Source: Allosphingosinicella sp. (lineage in GTDB: Bacteria > Pseudomonadota > Alphaproteobacteria > Sphingomonadales > Sphingomonadaceae). Taken from it: a stretch of DNA of 64,000 nt. Below the pieces are notes generated by a model that was not told where the DNA came from, did not search any database, and saw nothing but the letters and a program-made list of their open reading frames with translations. Location: contig DASTFN010000044.1 in the NCBI GenBank assembly GCA_035719905.1, forward strand, positions 4,711 to 68,710, in the 5' to 3' direction. A program made the translations under genes and the position numbers. Shown here in pieces: positions 42,840 through 51,457 of this stretch. Numbering within the stretch: position 1 is the first letter of the stretch; each line of letters begins with the position of its first letter.

Positions 42840-43418
42840 TCAAGGTCGAGCCGGACGAACGGCCACCGTTCTCCTCGCCGCCCGCCGACTCGCGCCTCCG
42901 CCGTTGGGTTTTTGCGGCAACAAGGCCCGAGCCATCCGCAACGACGCTGCGCATCGCGGCGAGCAGGGCACATGGCTGATCCTCGTGCGTCCCTCATTAT
43001 AGCCGCTCGGGTCGATCATCCTAAAAAGGCCGACAAAGCGCCGCGATGCGATCGTCTGTCCCCAATCGTCTAGCCCTTCATCATTGCGACGCCCGGCTGC
43101 AATGCAACAACACGCCGGATACCCTAGGGCCAGGCCCAGGGCGATGGTATGCCTCCCGGCCCTGGCGTCGATGCGCAAGACCCGCCGGGCTGAGCCGGCG
43201 ATGGGAGCGATGGAGAAAAACCCGTCTTTGTCTACAGCCGCGAAGAGCCCTTGCCGACGGGCCCACCGGCGAACCTCATGGCGATCCGCCCGATACACCA
43301 GCTGACTTCGCATTACCGGCCTGACCGACCCTCGAAGCTGAGCGAGATCGACTTCCGCCGAAGCGCGCATCCAACGCGGCCTGGCGCTCGATCCGGTCAA
43401 GACCGTTTCCTCGTCCAC
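42840..43418 (-). CDS. Cys-rich DUF483-like hypothetical protein
   Basis: LGLALGYPACC and SHVPCSPRC..S motifs; overlaps the GNAT stop. Confidence 0.6.
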   Translation of the reverse strand: MDEETVLTGSSARPRWMRASAEVDLAQLRGSVRPVMRSQLVYRADRHEVRRWARRQGLFAAVDKDGFFSIAPIAGSARRVLRIDARAGRHTIALGLALGYPACCCIAAGRRNDEGLDDWGQTIASRRFVGLFRMIDPSGYNEGRTRISHVPCSPRCAASLRMARALLPQKPNGGGASRRAARRTVAVRPARP

Positions 43419-43867
43419 TTCATGATCAGCTGATTGGTCGGCAAACCGGCGTCGACATAGCCGGCTTCCTCGGCGGCGCGGCGGGAAGCCACATTGATCT
43501 TCCGCATGTGGGCGTAGACGACATCATACTGGCTCGCCTCGCTTGCGAGCCGATAAGCTATACGACCAACGCCTCGGCCTTGGGAGGACTGGTTCAGATA
43601 GATTTGAATCGAGGCGTGCTTTCCGACCGGCGCCTCATCGATCCAATTGATGTAAATCACTCCTGCCCGCTTGCCGGCCGCGCGGATCACCCAGGCATGA
43701 CCGCCGGGACCGCCGCCCTTTCCGGGCGTCCCCTTGGTAGGAACCAACTCCACCTCGGCCGCAGTGACCTTGGCTAGGTCGGGTCTGGGTTTCGATGCCT
43801 TCGGCTTGGGTGTCGGCCGCGTCGGCGACCTCGGCCGCGAAGGCGGTTTGCGCTTGGAATCAGGCAT
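43397..43867 (-). CDS. GNAT-family N-acetyltransferase
   Basis: SQGRGVG (Q/RxxGxG), N.ASRRAAE.AGY; ATG at 43867 overlaps the upstream stop. Confidence 0.85.
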   Translation of the reverse strand: MPDSKRKPPSRPRSPTRPTPKPKASKPRPDLAKVTAAEVELVPTKGTPGKGGGPGGHAWVIRAAGKRAGVIYINWIDEAPVGKHASIQIYLNQSSQGRGVGRIAYRLASEASQYDVVYAHMRKINVASRRAAEEAGYVDAGLPTNQLIMKWTRKRS

Positions 43868-44855
43868 AGAGCTCCTCCAGCCCCGCCTGCAGACGCCGGT
43901 CGGACTCGTCCCACAGCTCGGCCGGGAAAAACCCCGGCGAAAAGGCGATGACAGCGTCCTCAATCCTCGGCACCAGCTGCGCGTTCCTTAGAACGGAGGT
44001 CAGCCGATCCACCTGCCGAAGGACGTCATCCGCTCCCGGGTCGAGCACTTCCGGGCGCTCGCGCCAATCCCCGTCACCATCATATCGGTTGTTGAAATAA
44101 TCCATGTCGACGTGGAGCAGGACGGGCCCAGGCCCGATATTCTCAACCCACCGGTCGAGATCGTCAGTGATCCGATATTTGCCTGGGCCAGTGCCGGCGC
44201 TCGCCTTCACGAGCTTCACCGCCGGCCGTGACGCGCCAGGCTCGAGAAGATCGTCGGGTTCGTGGCCAAGTTCAATCGTGTAGTCCGTCGTCTCGCGTAT
44301 CTTCGGCGCCTGACCGAGCTGCCGCACATCCGCCTGTGGAAAGCGATGCAGGAAGGGCGTCAGGAAGCTGCCCATACCCACGGCCCCGCTTTCCAGCGCG
44401 GAGCGAACACTGCCTGGTGATGCCACGTCGAAAACCTCACCGCTGATCGGGTCGACCAACTCGCCGTCGCGCGTGAACAACCGGGGCGATGCAAGGTCGC
44501 GATGATCGTCAACATGGAGAATTGTCAGCGGATCGCGCGGAGAGCTGCCTGATCGTGCAACCCACTCGCTCCAGCTGTGCAGCGTCCAAGTATCGTACAG
44601 CGCCCGAAGCACTCGGCCCGTACGTCGCCTTGCTAGTGCCATCTCGCCGCGGCCGATACCACCCCACGACCCGAGGCCGGTGTCCAGCGCCGGATCGACA
44701 TGGCGATCCTCGCCGTCAGGCCAGCCAAGCCTCAGTTCCCAATGATCGCCGTGCCGAACGGCCGTGGCGTCCTTGTCGCAGAAGTAGTCCCTGAGGGCGC
44801 CGTGGCGAGCGGCCTCGTTCTCCGGCAGCCGCTCCAGGGGCACATTCAGCGACAT
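43860..44855 (-). CDS. Arginase/ureohydrolase-fold (UPF0489-like) metalloenzyme
   Basis: LHVDDHRDL (HxDxHxD), LHVDMDYF (DxD), SPGFFP; TGATG-coupled to the radical SAM gene. Confidence 0.72.
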   Translation of the reverse strand: MSLNVPLERLPENEAARHGALRDYFCDKDATAVRHGDHWELRLGWPDGEDRHVDPALDTGLGSWGGIGRGEMALARRRTGRVLRALYDTWTLHSWSEWVARSGSSPRDPLTILHVDDHRDLASPRLFTRDGELVDPISGEVFDVASPGSVRSALESGAVGMGSFLTPFLHRFPQADVRQLGQAPKIRETTDYTIELGHEPDDLLEPGASRPAVKLVKASAGTGPGKYRITDDLDRWVENIGPGPVLLHVDMDYFNNRYDGDGDWRERPEVLDPGADDVLRQVDRLTSVLRNAQLVPRIEDAVIAFSPGFFPAELWDESDRRLQAGLEELYA

Positions 44856-46990
44856 CAGGCAGCCAGCGACTGGTGCGTCGCCTGACCCTCCAGCACTCCG
44901 GCCAAAGCCCGGCCAACCTCGGTGAGTGGACATCCCCGCAGGGTGGCGAACGCCTCCTCCAGGTTGCGATCGGTGTCGGCAAGCTGATTGAGGGCACGCA
45001 TCCTCAGACGCTCCGGCCCGCGATCCCGAACATGCTCCCAGAATCGCCGCAGCTCGATGAACACGAACACCGCATGTAGGACCCCGGACGCCGGGCGAAG
45101 ATCCTCCCGCCATGGAGACACTACAAGGCCTCCCGGCTCCGTCATCGGGAAACGCCGCTCGAGTAGGTAGAGCTTTTGATGGCGATGCTCATGGATGAGC
45201 GAGTCGGCGAGATCGTAGGGATCGATGATCCGATCGCCCTGAACGACGGATACGAACAAGGCGCCGGGCACCGAGTTGTCGCTGAAGGAGACAATCTTCT
45301 CCGGGTGCGCCGACGGGTCGCGAACAAACTGAACGGCTCGACAGATTCGGCCTATCTCTTCCCTGAGGGCTGGCCGCCATTCCCCGATGATATCGAGAGC
45401 CTCGCTCACCACCGGTGCGGCCGATGCCGCGACCTCCGGCCCCTCAAAGGCAATGGATGCGCCGAACGGTGCGCGCAGCCAGGGATCGTCAATGCCGACC
45501 GACAATCCGTTTGTCGCTATCGGCCGACTTAGCACCTGCTCGAGATACGACACATTGGGGCTAAGCGGCGCCCCGTCGACGTCGTAGACCGTGCGGCCCT
45601 CACGCTGAGCTATAAATGCCCTCTGCCACGCCGTCAGGCCGGGATTGCCAGCCAGGATCAATTTCTCTTCAGAGCTGAGGCCATCAATGAGTTCGTGCAG
45701 CCGCTGATCGCCGAGACCGGCTCCGACGACTTCGCTCAATGCCTTGTCGAGGTCCGCGGCATTCTCTTGGCAAGTTTCGTCCCATAGCTCCGCGACGATA
45801 GGCGCCGCGCGCTCGGCAAGCTCGTAGGCCGCCAGATCGACATCGAGCTCACGCGGCGCAGGAGCGGCCGGACCAGCCAGCCCGCCCTCCAGCCGTCGTC
45901 GGACGTGGGCGACAAGGCTTTGCATCTCGCCGCAGTAGACGGTGGGATTGGCAAAGCCATCGGCACCGAAGCGATGGGGCACGGAACCGCCGCCGCAAAT
46001 GTCGACGATCCCGCAGGCCTGGCAAACCGGGCTTAAGCCCTCTTTCGACAGCAAGCGGCGATGGGCTTCGATCGCGTCTGAGGAAGCGACGACAGAAATT
46101 GGAGTATCGCGAACCGAACCCGCAAGACGCGTCGCTCCGTCCCCCACCACCTTCAGTACGTCGAGGTCATGATAGGTGCCGTCAGTCTCAATGGTGATCA
46201 GGCTGACGTCGCCCAGACCGAACGCATCGGTTCCAGATGAAAGCCCCATGATCGCGTCGAGCAGGGATTCAAAAGTCCGCACTCGCAGCTCAGGATATTG
46301 GTCGAACCATATATCAAACGCTTCGATCAGCCATCTCTCGTAGCGGCCGGGGTCAAGATCCCGGCCGGGTGGCGGCTGATTGTGGTGCGAGTCCGGAAGC
46401 AGGAAATCGAGCTTGGGAGGTGCGTGGCCGGAAAAATATTCAAAGAGCGTCGCCGGCGGCACGCTCGCATCGATTACCGAGATAACGCCCGCGAAAGTAT
46501 TGGGCCTGGCCTTCAACCGCTCCAGGGCCGCCTCGACTTTATCGAAGCTCGATCGCCCACGCCGCGTGGTCCTGTGGAGATCGTTCACCTGCCGAGGCCC
46601 ATCGAGGCTCAACGAGACCGAAATCCGCTCCGCCTCCAAGGCGTCGAGGACTTCGTCCGTGAGGAGCAGCCCATTGGTTTGCATGCCGACTTCAAGCTCG
46701 ACATCAGGGCCCACGGCCGAGCGTAAGTCACGCGCGAACTCGACGATGTGATCACTGCCGGCGAGCAGCGGCTCCCCGCCGTGGAAAATCACCGCAGCGC
46801 GCTTCAGGCCGACTTCAGACGCGTATTCCGCAAGCCGGTTCGCAAAAGCCGCGCGGTCGTCAGCGGAAAGATGGCGTGGCATCGACCGCCAGGCCTGGTC
46901 CGCATGATGATAGACGTAGCAATAATCGCAATCGAGGTTGCACCTCGATGCGACCTTGACGAGGAACGACGTAATCCTCGCCGCTGTCAT
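44855..46990 (-). CDS. yhhB: Radical SAM/SPASM peptide maturase fused to HExxH domain (FxsB/YhhB-type cyclophane synthase)
   Basis: KVASRCNLDCDYC, IFHGGEPLL, SPASM CQAC...CGGG..HR..YC, C-terminal LIHEHRHQKL; 10 bp downstream of the precursor. Confidence 0.88.
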   Translation of the reverse strand: MTAARITSFLVKVASRCNLDCDYCYVYHHADQAWRSMPRHLSADDRAAFANRLAEYASEVGLKRAAVIFHGGEPLLAGSDHIVEFARDLRSAVGPDVELEVGMQTNGLLLTDEVLDALEAERISVSLSLDGPRQVNDLHRTTRRGRSSFDKVEAALERLKARPNTFAGVISVIDASVPPATLFEYFSGHAPPKLDFLLPDSHHNQPPPGRDLDPGRYERWLIEAFDIWFDQYPELRVRTFESLLDAIMGLSSGTDAFGLGDVSLITIETDGTYHDLDVLKVVGDGATRLAGSVRDTPISVVASSDAIEAHRRLLSKEGLSPVCQACGIVDICGGGSVPHRFGADGFANPTVYCGEMQSLVAHVRRRLEGGLAGPAAPAPRELDVDLAAYELAERAAPIVAELWDETCQENAADLDKALSEVVGAGLGDQRLHELIDGLSSEEKLILAGNPGLTAWQRAFIAQREGRTVYDVDGAPLSPNVSYLEQVLSRPIATNGLSVGIDDPWLRAPFGASIAFEGPEVAASAAPVVSEALDIIGEWRPALREEIGRICRAVQFVRDPSAHPEKIVSFSDNSVPGALFVSVVQGDRIIDPYDLADSLIHEHRHQKLYLLERRFPMTEPGGLVVSPWREDLRPASGVLHAVFVFIELRRFWEHVRDRGPERLRMRALNQLADTDRNLEEAFATLRGCPLTEVGRALAGVLEGQATHQSLAA

Positions 46991-47000
46991 GAAACCGCTC

Positions 47001-47174
47001 CTACGAGCGGCTGTGACGGTGATGCATCCGGTCGTAGCTGGTGATCACCTCGCTCGCCTCAGCTTCGGCCAGCACACGCTGCTGAAGCCGCTGGAGCGCA
47101 GGATTGGCAGGGCGCGCGCCGAGAACGGCAGAGCGGAGAGAGGCAGACGACTTGGAAGCCAATGCGGCGGACAT
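47001..47174 (-). CDS. yhhA: RiPP precursor peptide, 57 aa (YhhA-type triceptide precursor); absent from ORF track
   Basis: Manual translation MSAALASKSSASLRSAVLGARPANPALQRLQQRVLAEAEASEVITSYDRMHHRHSRS*; strong RBS AAAAGGAG; directly upstream of the radical SAM gene. Confidence 0.88.
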   Translation of the reverse strand: MSAALASKSSASLRSAVLGARPANPALQRLQQRVLAEAEASEVITSYDRMHHRHSRS

Positions 47175-47358
47175 GCTTCGTTCTCCTTTTCGAGACCCAA
47201 CCGTAGCCGTTCGCCCCGGTCACTTCAACAGGACCAGCCGACTTTTTACGTGAATTTCGGATATTCTGGATCGTGGGCGCGCCGGCTGAAACCGTCCTTG
47301 CACCACAGCGCCCGTTCAGCCTAGCCTGACCGCCTTCGCGCCCGCGAGTCTCAACGAA

Positions 47359-49056
47359 ATGTCTTCTCCCCTCGAAGCTTATCGAATCTTTATCGCTTCA
47401 CCGAGCGGACTAAAGGCCGTGCGAGAGCGCTTTCGAGCCACAATAGACAAGTACAATGAGACCGATGCCAACCGGCGCGGCGTGATGTTCATGGCGGTAG
47501 GGTGGGAAGCCACCCTTCCCGGAATCGGGCGGCCGCAGAAGATCATCAACGACGATCTCCATGGCTGCGATTACTTCGTCCTTGTCCTCCATGATCGGTG
47601 GGGGACTCCCGCCTCCAACGAACCTGATGCGGAAACGGGATCGGAGGAGGAATTCCGCATCGCGCTCGAGTTGCAGCAAGACAGCGACAAAGCGATGCGG
47701 GACGTGGTCGTCTTCTTCGTCAGCGTCGACCCGGGAAAAATGAGCGACCCAGGCCCGCAGCTCCAGAAGGTGCTCGATTTCAGGAAAAAGATCGAGGCTG
47801 ACAAGAAGCTCCTCTACCGCCAGGTCGAGAATGCGGACGACTTTGCCGACGCCTTGCGCGCCCATCTCGCCCGTTGGCTTCATAACCACGAGCAGGGCAA
47901 GGCCGGCGGGAACGGCGCCGAGGCCGAAGTCCCAGCCGAATCCGAAACCATTGCCCTCGCGCCGGAACCGGCTGAGGTTGGAGCGCCGGGCCCGGACGAT
48001 CAGGGAACGGCGTCGCCGGCGGCACCCAACAGCGGCGACGACCTCGTCGCGAGAGCGAACCAGCTGATCGCCGAATCTAAACCCACCGAGGCCGAAAGCC
48101 TGCTCGCCACGGCTGCCGAAAAGAGGAACAATCCCGCCCACTTGCTGGCCTACGCCGAGCTCTTGGCCCGCCTCAGTCGTCCCCGAGCAGCCGTGACGGA
48201 GTACGAAGCGACCGCGGACTTGGCCCAGGACGCGGGCGAAGCCGAAATCGCACTGCGCGCCCTCTTGGCTCTGGCCTATCTGCAGGATGATCTCGGCCGC
48301 GGCGATAAGGCGGAAGAGGCGGCCGCAAGAGCCATCGAGATTAGCCTCGCCACAGACGAGCTCCCGGGCGCCGCGCGAGCTCGGATCCTGCTTGGCGAGC
48401 GGCGACGGCGAGCGGCCCGATTCGCGGAGGCCGAGGAGGAGTATCGCCAGAGCATCGATCTCGCCGCTCACGGAGGCGACCCCCTGGCCGAGGCTGACGC
48501 ACGGATCGGCCTCAGCGAGGTTTTTCGCGATCAGGAAAGGCTCGATGAGGCGCGCGAGTCCCTCTGCAAAGGCATCGCCTTGAAACAGCAGGGCGGAGTC
48601 ACGGATCTCGGGGACGCTTATGCTGCGCTTGGCGCTATCCTCGAGACGATGGGCGACGAGGACGGCGCCGAAAAGCACTACGGAATGAGCCTCGAGCTTT
48701 TCAAACAGAAGGGCGACCGGTCCGGACGGGCAGATGCGGCCGATCACCTCGGCCAGGTCCGGCTTAGACGAGGCGACCTTGAAGGTGCCGAAGACGCCTT
48801 CCGCGACAGCGCCTCACTCTTCGAGGGAATGTTCAACTTCGAAGGCGCTGCCGACGCCTATCTCAGCCTGGGCCGGATTCAGACCGAGAGAGGCGATTTA
48901 GGAGCTGCGGAGGAATCGTTCCGCTCAGCACTCTCCCTGGCCGAACGCAAAAAAGACCCGGCGGCACGCTCGCTTCGCGAGGATATCCTCAACTATCTGG
49001 AGAGCATTATCGCGCGCGCCGGCGCCGTGGTGGATCAGCCCCCTCCGGCCGGTTGA
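47359..49056 (+). CDS. DUF4062-domain plus TPR-repeat protein
   Basis: RIFIASPS..ER..GWE..QK.IN..L..CD.FV..L..RWGT..EEEF..A; C-terminal helical TPR-like repeats. Confidence 0.8.
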   Translation: MSSPLEAYRIFIASPSGLKAVRERFRATIDKYNETDANRRGVMFMAVGWEATLPGIGRPQKIINDDLHGCDYFVLVLHDRWGTPASNEPDAETGSEEEFRIALELQQDSDKAMRDVVVFFVSVDPGKMSDPGPQLQKVLDFRKKIEADKKLLYRQVENADDFADALRAHLARWLHNHEQGKAGGNGAEAEVPAESETIALAPEPAEVGAPGPDDQGTASPAAPNSGDDLVARANQLIAESKPTEAESLLATAAEKRNNPAHLLAYAELLARLSRPRAAVTEYEATADLAQDAGEAEIALRALLALAYLQDDLGRGDKAEEAAARAIEISLATDELPGAARARILLGERRRRAARFAEAEEEYRQSIDLAAHGGDPLAEADARIGLSEVFRDQERLDEARESLCKGIALKQQGGVTDLGDAYAALGAILETMGDEDGAEKHYGMSLELFKQKGDRSGRADAADHLGQVRLRRGDLEGAEDAFRDSASLFEGMFNFEGAADAYLSLGRIQTERGDLGAAEESFRSALSLAERKKDPAARSLREDILNYLESIIARAGAVVDQPPPAG

Positions 49057-49064
49057 CCCGAGAC

Positions 49065-50624
49065 TTAGAATTTCCAGCGGTCTTCCCAGGTGGAAAGCGT
49101 CATCTCACCCACCAGGCCGGGGCTGGCCTTTTGTCCGCGCCGGCGTTCTTCCTGCTCAACCGCCAAAGACAGGTAGATCAGCGCGGCTCGGGCCTTCTTC
49201 ATCACGAGCATCGCCTTTTCCGCGAAGTCGTCTCGCGACAAAGAAATCCGCAAGCCGTCGGAGGACAGCTCGAGCTTGTGCGCATGCTCGGCCCGCCATG
49301 CCCATCCCTCGTGAAGCTGAAGATATTTGTGTTCGAGGTGGTTGCGAAGGTCCGCCAAGTCCCTCGCCTCGGGTTCGAGGGCTTGGCGTGCCTGCTCCTC
49401 GAAGATGTCCTTGGAGAGCCAGAACAAGCCTCGCAGCGGCCAGTTCTGCAGCAGGGAAAATTGCGTAAGGAGCGGCTTGGGAGGCTTCCCCTTCACCTCA
49501 TACCAAACGCTCCTGAAGCTGACCTGCGTCGGCTTGTGGCCGACGCTCCAGTAGGAGTTGATGAAGTAGGCGATCTTATCGAACAGCGAGTAGGCCGCCC
49601 GATAGCCAAGCCGCAGCAGCTCCGTCGCCCGGCTGAGCGAGGGATAATCGAACGTGTTGTACTGGAGGACCCAGCGATCCGAGAAGTGCGGCTTATCGGC
49701 CTGAAGGCCCTCGAAGAGGGCGTATCGCGCCGACACATATTCCTGCTTCAGCTGATTGAAGAAGCCGATCACCACCGGCATCCCAGGATCGGATGTGCTG
49801 ATCGAGGGGAGGGTCAGCACATCGTGCGCCGCGATCGGAGCCTGCACCACGTCGTTGAGCGGGTTTAGAAACAATCGGTTGGCGAGACACCATGACCGGT
49901 AATCCCGCTCGAGACGGCTCCGTCCGAGGCTGCCCCGCTCAGGCTTAAAGTCGCTGCGGATCTCGTCGAGTGGAAAATAGCCGGCGATCTCCTCCCGGTG
50001 CCTGGTGAAATAGGCATCGGCATCCTCGACCGCGGCGCTATCGATGACTGCGCCCTCCTCCGCCGACCGCGCCAGGCTGTCATGGGCCTCCAGTGCGAAG
50101 ATCCCGACATGTCCTGAATCGTACAGAGATCGCGCATAATGGGAGAGGCCGACGCCGCGGTTTCCGAGCGCCATGGCGAACGTCGGAATGATCCGCAGCG
50201 CCCGGTCCCAGACCTCAAGCGCCTCAATGAACCTGCCGATCGTATCGAGGCATCCGGCGAGATTGGTCAGAATCTGACATTGGCGAACAGGGTCTAGTTT
50301 CGGAAACTCATCATGATTGACTGCCTTTCTCAATGCCAGGATCTGAGCTTCGAGACAGGCGTCCTCCCAGGCCCAAGGGTCTGGCTGGGCGATCGCGCGC
50401 CGGGCTGCCAGCAAGTTTGCCTGGAAATAATGGACCAATATTTCGTCGGCGGCCGCGAGGGTACGAGTTCCTAGCTCGGTGAGGACCTGCTCAGCTCGAT
50501 CGAGGCCCGCCGCAATACCGCCTTCATGCGATAAATCGATCAATGTCGCGGCGGCCGACAAGGCCTGATCTGTCGGCAGACGCTCGATGGGTGCATCGAT
50601 CAGGCGTTTTAGAAATGCATCCAC
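49065..50624 (-). CDS. TPR plus LA2681-type HEPN protein (putative RNase toxin)
   Basis: N-terminal TPR (LTNLAG..GRF.EA..WDRAL), NRLFLNPLND, LRGLFWLSKD, RNHLEH (Rx4H). Confidence 0.8.
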   Translation of the reverse strand: MDAFLKRLIDAPIERLPTDQALSAAATLIDLSHEGGIAAGLDRAEQVLTELGTRTLAAADEILVHYFQANLLAARRAIAQPDPWAWEDACLEAQILALRKAVNHDEFPKLDPVRQCQILTNLAGCLDTIGRFIEALEVWDRALRIIPTFAMALGNRGVGLSHYARSLYDSGHVGIFALEAHDSLARSAEEGAVIDSAAVEDADAYFTRHREEIAGYFPLDEIRSDFKPERGSLGRSRLERDYRSWCLANRLFLNPLNDVVQAPIAAHDVLTLPSISTSDPGMPVVIGFFNQLKQEYVSARYALFEGLQADKPHFSDRWVLQYNTFDYPSLSRATELLRLGYRAAYSLFDKIAYFINSYWSVGHKPTQVSFRSVWYEVKGKPPKPLLTQFSLLQNWPLRGLFWLSKDIFEEQARQALEPEARDLADLRNHLEHKYLQLHEGWAWRAEHAHKLELSSDGLRISLSRDDFAEKAMLVMKKARAALIYLSLAVEQEERRRGQKASPGLVGEMTLSTWEDRWKF

Positions 50625-50736
50625 GATATCTCACTTTCCACACAAGCATTCCCGCTCGCCCGGCAGATAGCCTATCCTGGCGAAATGGCAGACGTCTCGG
50701 GACCGCCAATCGGATTTCCGGTTCTGCCCGCGTCGG

Positions 50737-51306
50737 TCATCCGCATATGCTTTCGCATGGGACACCGTCCCCATCCCCGTCCAGCCGCGATACGCCGCAC
50801 TCGTCGAGATAGAAATTGGCCTCCGCACAGCTGTTCATTTCCCCGCAGGTGCGCTTCCCACCGCATTGCTGACGTCGCTCCCGCTTCGGTCGAACCGCCG
50901 CCCGCGGCGCAGGCCTGTAAGACCTCGGCTCCGATGACCGCACCGGGTAGCTTTCCGACAAATAGCGGCTTGCTATCCAGCAGGGTGTGCCCCCCGCGTC
51001 GACCTGCGACCAGCCGTCCTTCTCTTCCCGAACGGATACGCTGTCGGCGAATGCGAAGCGCGATACCACCTTGGCAGACACGCGCGCGGCGCTTCGGCAG
51101 TTTAGAGAGTTCGATGAGACGAACCGCATTTCCGTAGCGGACGAGGCGGGCCCACGCCCGCTGGCGGCGTTGTCGGGAGCCGCCCCGTCGTCGCCGCCAG
51201 TGCCGCTGCTGCATTTTCCGATCGCGAACAAAATAATCAGGATGATGACCAGCAGACCGCACCCTCCGGGGTCTTGCTTGGTCGGTCGCCGGCCACGCCT
51301 AGCCAC
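50737..51306 (-). CDS. SH3b plus excalibur Ca-binding domain protein
   Basis: One TM, LNCRS..GWS.V..CWI.S.YL (SH3b), C..MNSCAEA.FY..CG..RLDGDGDGVPCES.C. Confidence 0.85.
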   Translation of the reverse strand: MARRGRRPTKQDPGGCGLLVIILIILFAIGKCSSGTGGDDGAAPDNAASGRGPASSATEMRFVSSNSLNCRSAARVSAKVVSRFAFADSVSVREEKDGWSQVDAGGTPCWIASRYLSESYPVRSSEPRSYRPAPRAAVRPKRERRQQCGGKRTCGEMNSCAEANFYLDECGVSRLDGDGDGVPCESICG

Positions 51307-51457
51307 AAAGACGACTCAATGCGATCCTGCCAGCCCCTAGCATCCTTGCATACTTTACGACTTCCATGGCTCTTTCAATCTGGACGGCGCTGGGAAATAC
51401 AGATGGTCCGATAGGTCGCCCATGTTCGGCCTCGAGTCATTCGCCTATACGTGAACC

